A stretch of 64,000 nucleotides of DNA, taken from Centroscyllium fabricii. Its lineage: Eukaryota. This document shows, one piece after another, positions 28,973 to 41,720 of this stretch (position 1 is the stretch's first letter; each line of letters opens with the position of its first letter). The position numbers were made by a program, and so were the translations under genes. The stretch is taken from positions 7,812,001 through 7,876,000 of the forward strand of contig JBNRSN020000044.1 of NCBI GenBank assembly GCA_051313645.2, written 5' to 3'. The notes beneath the pieces were generated by a model. That model was not told where the DNA came from. It ran no database searches and was given only the letters and a program-made list of their open reading frames with translations.

Positions 28973-30957
28973 GTGTATACACTGTCCTAGTCTGTGTATA
29001 CACTATCCCAGTCTGTGTGTACACTGTCCCAGTCTATACACTGCCCAAGTCTGTGTATACACTGTCCCAGTCTGAGTATACACTATCCCAGTCTGTGTAT
29101 AAACTGTCCCAGTCTGTGCATAAAATGACCCAGTCTGTTTATACACTATCCCCATTTGTGTATACACTGTCTCAGTCTGTGTTTTCACTCTTCCAGTCTG
29201 TGTATGCACTGTCCCCATCTGTTTATACCCTCTCCCAGTCAGTGTATACACTGTCCCAGTCTGTATATACACTGTCCCAGTCTGTGCATAAATGGCCCAG
29301 CCTGTTTATACACTCTCCTAGTCTGTGTATACACTGTCCCAGTCTGTGTATATACAATCCCAGTCTGTGTATACACTGTTCCAATCTATGCATGCACTGT
29401 CCCAGTCTGTGCAAAAACTGTCTCAGTCTGTACACTGTCCCAGTCTGTGTAGACACTGTCCCAGCCTGTGTATACACTGTCCCAGTCTGTGTAGACACTG
29501 TCCCAGCCTGTGTATACACTGTCCCTGTCTGTGTATACACTGTCCCAGTCTTTGTATACACAGTCCTAGTCTGTGTATACACTGTCCCGGTCTGTGTTGC
29601 ATTCTCCCAGTCTGTGTGTACACTGACCCAGTCTGTTTATACACTCTCCCTGTCTGTTTATACACTGTCCCAGACTGTACACTGTCCCAGTCTATGTATA
29701 CACTGTCTCAGTCTGTGCAGACACTGTCACAGTCTTTGTATACGCTGTCCCAGTCTGTATATACACTGTCACAGTCTCTATATACACAGTCCCAGTCTGT
29801 ATAGACACTGTCCCAGTCTGTGTGTACACTATCCCAGTCTGTGTATACACTGTCCCAGTCTGTGCATACACTGCCCCAGTCTGTGTATGCACAATCCCAG
29901 TCTGTGCATACACTGTCCCAATCTATGTATACACTGTCCCAGTCTGTACACTGTCCCAGTCTGTCTCTACACTGTCCCAGTCTGTGTTAGCACTGTCCCA
30001 GTCTGTTTATACACTGTTCCAGTCTGTACATACACTATACCAGTCTGTGTATACATGGTCCCAGGCTGTGTATAAACTGTCTCAGTCTGTGTATACACTG
30101 TCTCAGTCTGTACACTGTTCCAGTCTGTGTATAGGCTGTCCCAGTCTGTGTATGCATTGCTCCAGTCTGTGTATACACTGTCCCAGTCTGTGTATACACT
30201 GTCCGAGTCAGTGTATACACTGTCCCAGTCTGTATACTGTCCAAGTCTGTGTACACACTGTCCCAATCTGTGTACACACTGTCCCAGTATTTAGACTGTC
30301 CCAGTCTGTGTGTGCACTGTCCCAGTTTGTGTTTACACTGTCCCAGTCTGTGTATACACTGTCTCAGTCTACATGTGCACTGTCCCAGTCTGTGTGTACA
30401 CTGTCCTAGTCCGTGTATACACTATCCCAGTCTGTGTGTACACTGTCCCAGTCTATACACTGCCCTAGTCTGTGTATACACTGTCCCAGTCTGAGTATAC
30501 ACTATTCCAGTCTGTGTATAAACTGTCCCAGTCTGTGCATAAAATGACCCAGTCTGTTTATACACTATCCCCATCTGTGTATACACTGTCTCAGTCTGTG
30601 TTTTCACTCTTCCAGTCTGTGTATACACTGTCCCAATCTTTACACTTCCCATTCTGTGTATACACTGTCCAAGTCTGTGCATACACTGTCCCAGTCTGTT
30701 TATAGACTGTTCCAGTCTGTGTACGCACTGTCCAGTCTGTGTATACACCGTCCCAGTCTGTGTATACACTGTCCATTCTGTATATACACTGTTTGCATCT
30801 CTGTATACACTGTCCCAGTCTGTGTATACACTGTCCCAGTCTGTGTATACACTCTCCCAGTCTGTGTTTTCACTCTCCCAGTCTGAGTGTACACTGTCCC
30901 AGTCTTTGTATACACTGTCCCAGTCTGTGTATACACTGTCCCAGTCTGTACACTATC

Positions 30958-31298
30958 AGAAACATAGAAACATAGAAGATAGGAGCAGGAGTAGGCCATT
31001 CAGCCCTTCGAGCCTGCTCCGCCATTCAATGAGATCATGGCTGATCATCCAAACCCAGTACTCCACCCCTTTCCCTCTCCCCATATCCCTTGATCCCTAT
31101 CCCGAGCCTACACCGACACATATCCCACCCTATCCCCGTAACCCCACAAATTCAATCGCCCTAACACTAAGGGTCAATTTATCATGGCCAATCAACCTAA
31201 CCTGCACATCTTTGGACTATGGTAGGAAACTGGAGCACCCGGAGGAAACCCACGCAGACATGGGGAGAATGTGCAAACTGCACACAGATAGTACCCAA
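30958..31298 (-). mobile_element. HE1-type SINE lacking its tRNA head
   Basis: Reverse complement of the V-domain and 3' tail (AGAAACATAGAAACATAG). Confidence 0.9.
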
Positions 31299-33048
31299 GT
31301 CTGACTGACCCAGTCTGTTTATACACTGTCCGAGTCAGTGTATACACTGTCCCAGTCTGTATACTGTCCAAGTCTGTGTACACACTGTTCCAATCTGTGT
31401 TTACACTATCCCCATCTGTGTACATACTGTCTCAGTCTTTATACTGTCCCAGTCTGTGTGCACACTGTCCCATTTTGTGTTTACACTGTCCCAGTCTGTG
31501 TATACACCATCCCAGTCTGCATGTGCACTGTCCCAGTCTGTGTATACACTGTCCTAGTCTGTGTATACACTATCCCAGTCTGTGTGTACACTGTCCCAGT
31601 CTATACACGGCCCTAGTCTGTGTATACACTGTCCCAGTCTGAATATACACTACCCCAGTCTGTGTATACACTGTCCCAGTCTGTGCATAAAATGACCCAG
31701 TCTGTTTATACGCTATCCCCGTCTGTGTATACACTGTCTCAGTCTGTGTTTTCACTCTCCCAGTCTGTGTATACACTGTCCCAATCTTTACATTTCCCAT
31801 TCTGTGTATACACTGTCCAAGTCTGTACATACACTGTTCCAGTCTGTTTATGGACTGTCCCAGTCTGTGTATACACAGTCCATTCTGTATATACACTGCT
31901 TCCATCTCTGTATACACTGTCCCAGTCTGTGTATACACTATCACAATCTGTGTATACATGCTCCCGGTCTGTGTATGCACAATTGCAGTCTGTGTATACA
32001 CTGTCCCAGCATTTATACTGTACCAGTCTGTGCATACACTGTCCCAGTCTGTGTTTTCACTCTCCCAGTCTGAGTGTATACTGTCCCAGTGTTTGTATAC
32101 ACTGTCCCAGTCTGTGTATACACAGTCCCAGTCTGTACACTGTCAGAAGTCTGTGTGTACACTGTCCCAGTCTGTTTATACACTGTCCCAGTCTGTGTTT
32201 TCACTCTCCCAGTCTGTGTGTACACTGTCCCAGTCTGTTTTTACACTGTCCTAGTCTGTGTATACACTGCTCCATAGATACATAGATACATAGAAGATAG
32301 GAGCAGGGGTAGGCCATTCGGCCCCTCGAGCCTGCTCCACCATTCGATGAGATCATGGCTGATCATCCAAACTCTGTACCCCGTACCTGCCTTCTCCCCA
32401 TATCCCTTGGTACCTTTAGCTCTAAGAAATATATCTAACTCCTTCTTGAATATATTTAATGACTTGGCCTCAACTACATTCTGTGGTAGAGAATTCCACA
32501 GGTTCACCACTCTCTGGGTGAAGAAATTCTTCCTCATCTCTGCCCTGAATGGCCTACCCCTTATCCTTAGACTGTGCCCCCTGGTTCTGGACTCTCCGAC
32601 CATCGGGAACATTATTCCTGCGTCTAGTTTGTCCAGACCTGTCAACATTTTATAAGTCTCGATGAGATCCCCTCTCATTCATGTAAACTCCAGCGGGTAT
32701 AAGCCTAATCGATTCAATCTCTCCTCATACGTTATTCCTGCCATCCCAGGTATCAGCCTTGTGAACCTTTGCTGAATTCCCTCCATGGCAAGAACATCCT
32801 TCCTCAGATAAGGTGACCAAAACTGCATACAGTACTCAAGGTGCGGTCTCACCAAGGCCCTGTACAAGTGCAGCAGGACATCCTTGTTCCTGTACTCAAA
32901 CCCTTTCGCTATGAAGGCCAACATACCATTTGCCTTCTTCACTGCCTGCTGCACCTGCATGCTTACCTTCAACGACTGGTGCACAAGAATGCCCAGGTCT
33001 CGTTGCACTTCGCGTCTCCCAATCTATTTCCATTCGGATAATAGTCTG

Positions 33049-33265
33049 TGTGGTAATATTGAACAGACTTCTGGGGGAAGGCTAAAGGGTGAACTCTGTA
33101 CATGTCACTTCCTGTTTTCTGTTAGTATAAATACTGGAACTGCTCAGCATGGGGTGAATGCTTCACCTGGAAGCATGGTAAAACCTGTCTTTGTACATAG
33201 TGATAATGTAGTGGATTAAAGCTTTGCTTTAAGTTATTGATGTATCAGACTCCATTATTACATCA
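33049..33265 (+). mobile_element. Solo LTR (217 bp) inserted in CR1 ORF2
   Basis: TGTGGTAATA...TATTACATCA imperfect inverted termini, GTATAAATA box and ATTAAA signal; 5-bp TSD GTCTG/GTCTA. Confidence 0.82.
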
Positions 33266-33405
33266 GTCTACCTTTCTGTTTTTGACAACAAAGTGGATAA
33301 CCTTGCATTTATCCACATTATATTGCATCTGCCACGCTTCTGCCCAATCACCTAACCTGTCCAAATCATCCTGGAGTTTCTTGGTATCCTCCTCGCAGCA
33401 CACAC

Positions 33406-34687
33406 GGTGCTGGGTCCCCAGCTGTTTACAATCTATATAAATGATTTGGAGGAGGGGACCAAGTGTAATATATCAAAGTTTGCAGATGACACAAAAATGG
33501 GAGGAAAAGCAGGGAGTGAGGAGGACAGAAAAAGCCTGCAAAAGGACATAGATAAGCTAGGTGATTGGGCAGCAATTTGGCAGATGAAATTTAATACTGA
33601 TAAATGCGAAGTTATACATTTTGGAAAAAAAAATCATAGAGCAAGTTATTCTCTAAATGGGGAGGAGCTGCGTGGTAATACAACGCAAAGGGACCTGGGG
33701 GTATTAGTGCATGAATCACAAAAAGTTAGTATGCAGGTGCAGCAAGTGATTAGGAAGGCCAATGGAGTCTTAACCTTTATTGCTAGGGGGATAGAGTATA
33801 AAAGCAGGGAGGTCTTGCTGCAGCTGTACACGGTATTGGTGAGACCGCATTTGGAATATTGTGTGCAGTTTTGGTGTCCATACTTAAGAAAGGATGTACT
33901 TGCCCTGGAGGCAGTGCAGAGAAGGTTTACACGGTTAATTCCAGCGATGAGGGGGTTGACATATGAGGAAAGGTTAAGTAGGTTGGGACTCTACTCTTTG
34001 GAGTTCAGAAGAATGAGAGGCGATCTTATTGAAACGTATAAGATCGTGAGGGGCCTTGATCGGGTGGATGCGCCAAGGATGTTTCCAATGATCGGGGAGA
34101 CTAGAACTAGGGGGCATAGTCTTAGAATAAGGGGGGGCTCTTTTAAAACTGAGATGAGGAGAAACTTCTTCACCCAGAGGGTGGTTAATCTATGGAATTC
34201 ACTGCCTCAGGGAGCTGTGGAAGCGGGAACATTAAATAAATTTAAAACCGAAATAGACTGTTTTTTAGCAGACAAGGGAATTAGGGGTTACGGGGAGCGG
34301 GCAGGGAAGTGGACCTGAGTTATGGTTAGTATAGTAAGACCTGAGTGATCTCCTGGACAAGTTTTGATCGCCTGGATTGGGGTCGGAGAGGAATTTCCCG
34401 GATTTTTTTCCCAAATTGGACCTGGGTTTTTATCCGGTTTTTCGCCTCTCCCAGGAGATCACACGGTTCTTTGGGTGGGAGAAGGGTGATAGTGGTGCGA
34501 AGGTTAGGGTAGGATCAGCAATGATCTTGATGGGTGAGGGGGCGGGCTTGGGGGGCCGATTGGCCTACTCCTGCTCCTATTTATGGGGTTCTTGTGTTCT
34601 TGTGTTCAGCCATGAGCGAATTGAATGGCGGTGCGGGCTCGACGGGCCGAATGGTCTTCTCCTGCACCTATTTTCTATGTTTCTATG
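33406..34687 (+). mobile_element. Young 5'-truncated CR1 of a distinct subfamily inserted antisense into the full-length CR1
   Basis: Open 303-aa RT C-terminal frame (33407-34318) and long composite 3'UTR; nearly identical to 50251-51580. Confidence 0.94.
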
Positions 34688-37600
34688 TGTCATCTGCAAA
34701 CTTGGAGATATTACATCGAGTTCCCTCGTCTAGATCATTAATGTATATTGTGAATAGCTGGGGTCCAAGGACCGATCCCTGCGGTACCCCACTAGTCATT
34801 GCCTGCCACTCGGAAAAAGACTCATTAATTCATACTCTCTGCTTTCTGTCCACCAACCAGTTCTCTATCCAAGTCAATACCTTACCCCCAATCCCATGTG
34901 CTTTAACTTTACATGCTAATCTCTTATGCGGGACCTTATCGAAAGTCTTTTGAAAGTCCAAATACACCACATCTACTGGTTCTCCCCTATCTATTTTCCC
35001 AGTTACATCCTCAAAAAGCTCCAGTAGATTCGTCAAGCACGATTTACCTTTAGTAAATCCATGTTGACTTTGTCCGATCCTGTCACTGTTTTCCAAGTGC
35101 TCAGCTATTACATATTTTATAATGGACTCTAGCATTTTCCCCACTACCGATGTCAGGTACTGTAATTTCCCGCTTTCTCTCTACCACCCTTTTTGAATAG
35201 TGGGGGAACATTAGCTACCCTCCAATCCATGGGTACAGTTCCAGATTCCAGCGAATGTTGAAAGATGATCAGTAATGCATCTATTATTTCTAGGGCCACT
35301 TCCTTAAGTACCCTAGGATGTAGATTATCTGGCCCATGGGATTTATCGGCCTTTAATCCTGTCAATTTCCCTAACGCCATTTCCCTACAAATACTGATTT
35401 CTTTCAGTTCCTCCCTTTCATCAGACCCTATGCTCTCCAACATCTCTAGGAGGTTATTTGTGTTCTCCTTTGTGAAAACAGAACCAAAATATGCATTTAA
35501 TTGGTCAGCCATTTCTTTGTTCCCCATTATAACTTCCCCTGCTTCTGACTGTAAGGGACCTACACTTGATTTCACTAATCTTTTTCTCTTCACATAATCT
35601 ATAAAAGCTCTTCCAGTCAGTTTTTATGTTCCCTGCAAGCTTACTTTCATATTCTATTTTCCCCTTCTTAATTAATTCCTTTGCCCTCCTTTGTTGAATC
35701 CTAAACTGCTCCCAATCATCAGGGTTACCGCTTTTTCTGGCCAATTTATATGCCCTCCCCTTGGATCTTATCCTATCCCTAATTTCCCCTGTTAGCCATG
35801 GTTGAGTCACCCTTTTTGTTTTATTCTTATGCCAAACTGGGATGAACAAATTCTGCAGTTCATCCATGCGGTCTTTGAATGTTTGTCATTGCCTATCCAC
35901 CGTCAACCCTTTGAATGACATTCCCCAATTGATCCTACCCAATTCGCGCCTCATACCATCATAGTTTCCTTTATTTAAATTCAGGACCCTAGTCTCTGAG
36001 TCAACTACTTCACTCTCTATCCTAATGAAGAATTCTATTATATTGTGATCGCTCCGACCCAAGGGGCCTTGTACAACAAGATTGCTAATTAATCCTTTCT
36101 CATTACATAATACCCAGTCTAATATGGCTTGATCTCTGGTTGATTCCTCGACATACTGTTCCAGATAACCATCCCGTAAACATTCTAGGAATTCCTCCTC
36201 CACAGTATTTTTACTAATTTGGCTAGCCCAATCTATATGTAAATTAAAGTCACCCATGATGACAGATGTGCCCTTACTGCATGCTTCTCTAATTTCCCTT
36301 TTAATGCCATCCCCAACCTCCATATTACTGTTTGGAGGTCTATATACCACTCCCACTAACGTTTTCTTCCCCTTGCTATTTCTCAGTTCTACCCCTACAG
36401 ATTCCGCATCATCAGAGTTGATATCCTTCCTTTCAATTGTGTTAATCCCCTCTTTAACCAGCAATACTACCCCAATTCCCTTGCTTTTTTGCCTATCGTT
36501 CCTAAATATTGAATACACCTGAATGTTGAGTTCCCAGCCTTGGCCACCCTGGAGCCATGTTTCTGTAATCCAAATCAAATCATATTTGTTTACCTCTATT
36601 TCCACAGCTAATTCATCTACCTTGTTCTGAATGCTCCTTGCATTAAGACACAAAGCCTTCAGGCTTGTTTCTTTCATGCTCTCAGACCTATATGAATTAT
36701 TATTTCCTGTGACCATGTTTGATTTAACCTGTTGATTTCTCTGCCTTCTAATTTTGCTTTTCTCCTTTCTGTCTTTTGCTTTTATTCTTGTCTCCCTTTC
36801 TTCTGTCTCCCTGCTCAGGTCCCCAACCCCCTGCCACTTTAGTTTAAATCATCCCCAACAGCACTCGCAAACACTCCCCCTAGGACATTGGGCCTGGCTC
36901 TGCCCAGGTGCAGACCATCCCATTTGTACTGGTCCCACCTCCCCCAGAACCGGTTCCAATGTCCAAGGAATTTGAATCCCTCCCCCTTGCACCATTCCTC
37001 TAGCCATGTATTCATTTGTAATATCCTCCTATTTCTACTCTGACTAGCATGTGGCACTGGTAGCAATCCTGAGATTACTACATTTGAGGTCCTATTTTTT
37101 AATTTACGTCCTAACTCCCTATATTCTTCTTTTAGGACCTCATCCCATTTTTTACCTATATCGTTGGTGCCTATGTGCACTACGACAACTGTCTGTTTGC
37201 CCTCCCCCTCCAAAATGTTCTGTAGCTGCTCTGAGACATCCTTGACCCTTGCAGCAGGGAGGCAACATACCATCCTTTAGTCTCATTTGCGGCCGCAGAA
37301 ACGCCTATCTATTCCCCTTACAATTGAGTCCCCTATCACTATAGCTGTTCCCCTCTTTTTCCTCCCAGCCTGTGCAGCAGAGCCACCCATGGTGCCAGGA
37401 GGTTGGCTGCTGCTGTCCACCCCTGGTAGGTCATCCCCCCCCCCCCCCCACAATATCTAAAGCAGTATATCTGTTTGAGAGGGGGCTGACCACAGGGGAA
37501 TACTGCACTACCTGCCTGTACCTCGTACTCTGCTTGGCGGTCACCCATTCCATTTCTGCCTGAACATCCTTTACCTTCGGTGTGACCAACTCGCTAAGTG

Positions 37601-38221
37601 TGCTATCCACAAGGTCCTCAGCAGTGCGAATGCTCCAGAATGTATCCATCCGCAGCTCCAGCGCCACAATGCGGTCTGTCAGTTGCTTCAGATGGACACA
37701 CTTCCCGCACACATAGTCGTCAGGGTCACTGGGAGTGCCCCTGATTTCCCACATAGAGCAGGGGGAGCAAACTATGGTGCAGAGCTGTCCTGCCATGACT
37801 TATCCTTTAGTTATTAATTAAAATTAAATGAATCCCACCAATTTCACTTCAATTAATTGCTATATTCAAAGGCCCTTGCTTACAATAGTCCCCACAACAC
37901 AACAGAGACCTTAGAAACCAAAGAAATTCAGTTTAGAAAAATTTAGAAAGAAAATACTCACCAACCAATCACTTACCTGCTTCCTGGTGACGTCATCCTT
38001 TGATTACCTTTTACCTCTCTACCTGCTACTGAACGGGTATGCCTCGCTGATCGCTGTCCTTTATAGCTGCCACTGCCACTGCCGCCTCGCTGCTCAGGAC
38101 ACCCCCTAAGTCCAGTCCTCTCCCCGCTGTGGTCTGGGCCTCGCTGCTCGCCAACCTTTATAGCCGCCACCACTGCCTCGCTGCTCAGGGCACCCCCAGA
38201 TCTGCTCCACTCTGCTCCGCG

Positions 38222-40455
38222 CAGTCTGTACACTGTCCAAGTCTGTGTATACACTGTCCCAGTCTGTGTATACACTGTCCCCATCTGTGTATACACTGCC
38301 CCAGTCTGTGTATACACTATACCAGTCTGTGTATACACTGTCCCAGTCGTTATACTGTCCCAGTCTGTGTATACACTGTCCCAGTCTTTGTATACACTGT
38401 CCCAGTCTGTGTATAAACTGCTCCATTTGTGTATACATTGACCCAGTCTGTGTATACACTGTCCCAGTCTTTGCATATACTGACCCAGCCTGTGTATACA
38501 CTTTCCCAGTCTGTGTATACATTGTCCCAGTCTGTGCATACACAGTTCCAGCCTGTCTATACACTGTCCCAGTCTGTGTTTTCACTCTCCCAGTCTGTGT
38601 ATACACTGTCCCAGTCTGTTTATACACTGTCCCAGTCAGTTTATACACTGTCACAGCCTGTATACTGTCCCAGTCTGTGTATACACTCTCCCAGTCTGTA
38701 CACTGTCCCAGTCTGTGTATACACTATCCCAGTCTGTGTATACACTGTCTCAGTCTGTGTATACACTATCTCAGTCTGTGTTTTCACTCTCCCAGTCTGT
38801 GTGTACACTGTCCCAGTCTGTTTATAAACTGTCCCAGTCTGTGTATACACTGTCCCAGTCTGTACACTGTCCCAGTCTGTGTATACACTGTCCCAATCTG
38901 TGTATACACTGTCCCCATTTGTGTATACACTGTTCCAGCCTGTGTATACACTATACCAGTCTGTGTATACACTGTCCCAGTCTTTATACTGTCCCAGTCT
39001 GTGCGTACACTATCCCAGTCTGTGTGTACACTCTCCCAGTCTGTCTATACATTATCCCAGTCTTTATATACACTGTCCCAGTCTGTGTATACACTGTCCC
39101 AGACTGTGTATACATTGTCCCAGTCTGTGTATACACAGTTCCAACCTATCTATACACTGTCCCAGTCTGTGTTTTCACTCTCCCAGTCTATGTATACACT
39201 GTCCCAGTCTGTTTATACACTGTCCCAGTCAGTTTATGCACTGTCACAGCCTGTATACTGTCCCAGTCTGTGTATACACTCTCCCAGTCTGTACACTGCC
39301 CCAGTCTGTGTATACACTGCCCCAGTCTGTGTATACACTGTCTCAGTCTGTGTATACACTGTCCCAGTCTGTGTTTTCACTCTCCCAGTCTGTGTGTACA
39401 CTGTCCCAGTCTGTTTATAAACTGTCCCAGTCTGTGTATACACTGTTCCAGTCTGTACACTGTCTCAGTCTGTGTATACACTGTCCCAATCTGTGTATAC
39501 ACTGTCCCCATCTGTGTATACACTGTTTCAGTCTGTGTATACACTATACCAATCTGTGTATACACTGTCCCAGTCTTTATACTATCCCAGTCTGTGCGTA
39601 CACTGTCCCAGTCTGTGTTTACACTGTCCCAGTCTGTGTGCACACTCTCCCAGTCTGTCTATACACTATCCCAGTCTTTGTATACACTCTCCCAGTCTGT
39701 GTATACACTGTCCCAGACTGTGTATACATTGACCCAGTCTGTGTGTACACTGTCCCAGTCTGTGCATACACTGACCCAGCCTGTGTATACACTGTCCCAG
39801 TCTGTGTTTTCACTCTCCCAGCCAGTGTATACACTATCCCAGTCTGTATATACACTGCCCCAGTTAGTGTATACACTGTTCCAGTCTCTATACTGTCCCA
39901 GTCTGTGTATACACTGTCCCAGTCTGTGTATACACTGTCGCAGTCTGTGTATACACTGTCCCAATCTATGTGTACATTGTCCCAGTCTGTGTTTACACTG
40001 TCCCAGTCTGTGTATACACTGTTCTGGGACAATTTGTAAACAGGAACTAGTGAAGGACAACTAGACCGCCATGTTTTGTAACAGTTGATTAAAGCCTTGC
40101 TTTATACTCAAGCCAAGTGCTTAGTGAGTTTTCTTATGTCACTGTGTATACACGGTCTCAGTCTGTGTATACAATGTCCCAGACTCTGTATACACTGTCC
40201 CAGTCTGTGTATACACTGACCTAATCTGTGTATACACTGTCCCAGTCTGTGTATACACTGTCCCAGTCTGTGTATACACTATCCCAGTCTATGTATATAC
40301 TGTCCTAATCTGTGTATATACTGTTTCAGTCTGTGTATACATGGTCCCAGTCTGTGTATACACTGTCCCAGTCTGTGTATACACTGTCCCAGTCTGTGCA
40401 TACACTGTCCCAGTCTGTGTATACACTGTCCCAGTCTGCCTATACGCTGTCCCAG
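38222..40455. repeat. 21-bp minisatellite, right part
   Basis: Same unit as 25073-32272, resuming after the CR1 insertion. Confidence 0.96.
40020..40141 (+). mobile_element. 3' fragment of an LTR within the 21-bp array
   Basis: Unique island with ATTAAAGCCTTGCTTTAT (shared with 4180-4196), ending TTATGTCA. Confidence 0.55.
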
Positions 40456-41720
40456 GGAACAGTCCTGGAGAAATCACCAGAACCCAGAATTCTTACAGCG
40501 GAAGATCTACAGTTGTACAAATCTAGTTGCAGTTTGACAAACCAGGAATAACTAGAGACACTGAGTCAAGGTAATATTTTGATCCACACTCAAATATTCA
40601 CCATGGTTGGACACAAGGTGAAATCGAACGAAAGTTTCTGTGTAAGGAGCAGAATGAAATCTCAACCCCTGAGCAGCTGCTGATGTCTCTTCTCTTTCTG
40701 TTTCCCAAACTCTCCTTTTCCATTTTTGCTGTCTATGTTATGTCTTTTCTGTATTAATGTTTAATTCTTAATTTGTTTTAGATAGTTAATAAAGCCTCTT
40801 TTGTTCTGTGTCTTTTCCTCAGATATTTATTTTTGTCATTATTTCTTTTTAATGCTTTAAGAGAACATTACCTCAGTATATCTTTTTTCCCATGTATGTG
40901 CACTCATTTTATATCTAATAATAAAATCAGTAAACTTTTGTCATTTTGTTCTACTTACGTGCAGCGCCGGTCAGGAGCAAACTAGAAATAAAGATTCTGT
41001 GAAAAGGGCACTGATGAGAGTGATTTGCTTTGTTACTCAGAGCCTGCTGTCAGTCTGAACAGACAGTTCCCAGAACTGGTCTTGGACCTTTAGAAAGGGC
41101 AGATACTTAACAGTAACACCTTCCCACCTTGTGCAATTTCAAAGTCCATTTGTCCCTGAGTGTTTGATGTGTTTTCTGTCTGTCTGTTGTTGTAAAGGGC
41201 AGTGTTTGAGACATTGTGAGAGAGTAGAACCATTTCATTTAGAGAAAAACAATTTACTACAAATTTTGCTGATGAATATCCAGCAATAATTTACCAAATT
41301 TCACCCCAACAAATCTTATTCCTCATCCAAATGTTTTTCCCATTGGAGGACAGAATTCCAGAATGCACCACATTCTATTCAAGTCCACTGCAGAGTTCCT
41401 GCCCCCAACAGTAAACGATTGCCTATTTTCTATTTAAAAAAATACTCAGCACACTAAATGCAGCGATTGAATTTGTGTTAAATATGTGTTTTGAGGTTTT
41501 GTTTGTGTCTCTGTTTAAACTGAACTAATGTGAATGATTGAATGATGGAGAATCTCCCTTAATATTTCAACAGAGGGTGTTCCCAATGCCCATAATAAAG
41601 TGGAAGCTGATGACTTGCTCTTTACAAAGACTGCTCCACCATGAAATCCGGAAGATTCCTTTTGAACATGTTCCCATTACCACTGCACAGAGTGGTTGGA
41701 ACAGACCCTCCCCCCCACTG

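Larger units (their letters stand above)
25073..32272. repeat. 21-bp minisatellite (CAGTCTGTGTATACACTGTCC)n, left part, with nested solo LTR and SINEs
   Basis: Direct periodicity; ORFs repeat 7-aa units (YTLSQSV / CIHCPSL). A ~2-kb higher-order duplication is visible (27311 vs 29289). Confidence 0.97.
32273..38221 (-). mobile_element. Essentially full-length but inactivated CR1 LINE (5'UTR, ORF1 zinc-finger/coiled-coil + SGNH esterase, ORF2 APE endonuclease + RT), with two nested insertions
   Basis: ORF1 pieces at 37431-37796 (CSPCSMW..CGKC) and 36839-37273 (VVVHIGTNDIG). ORF2 pieces at 35886-36716 (LNARSI, ITETWL, MGDFN, SDH), 35153-35867, 34830-35144 and 32241-33008. (TATCTATG)n tail. Confidence 0.95.

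Noticed and set aside
37950-38221. Host promoter/exon (perfect CRE TGACGTCA, TATA-like motifs, CAG|GTAAGT donor on the minus strand)
   Set aside because: Lies within the 5'UTR of the full-length CR1, directly upstream of ORF1.
25057-40551. Cys/His-rich ORFs (CIHCPSL)n resembling zinc fingers or keratin-associated proteins
   Set aside because: Translations of the 21-bp minisatellite with frequent frame-breaking short units and TE insertions.
40456-40551. Possible last galanin exon (GTVLEKSPEPRILTAEDL)
   Set aside because: Wrong phase and no pyrimidine tract. 22475-22536 fits phase, similarity and poly(A) signal much better.
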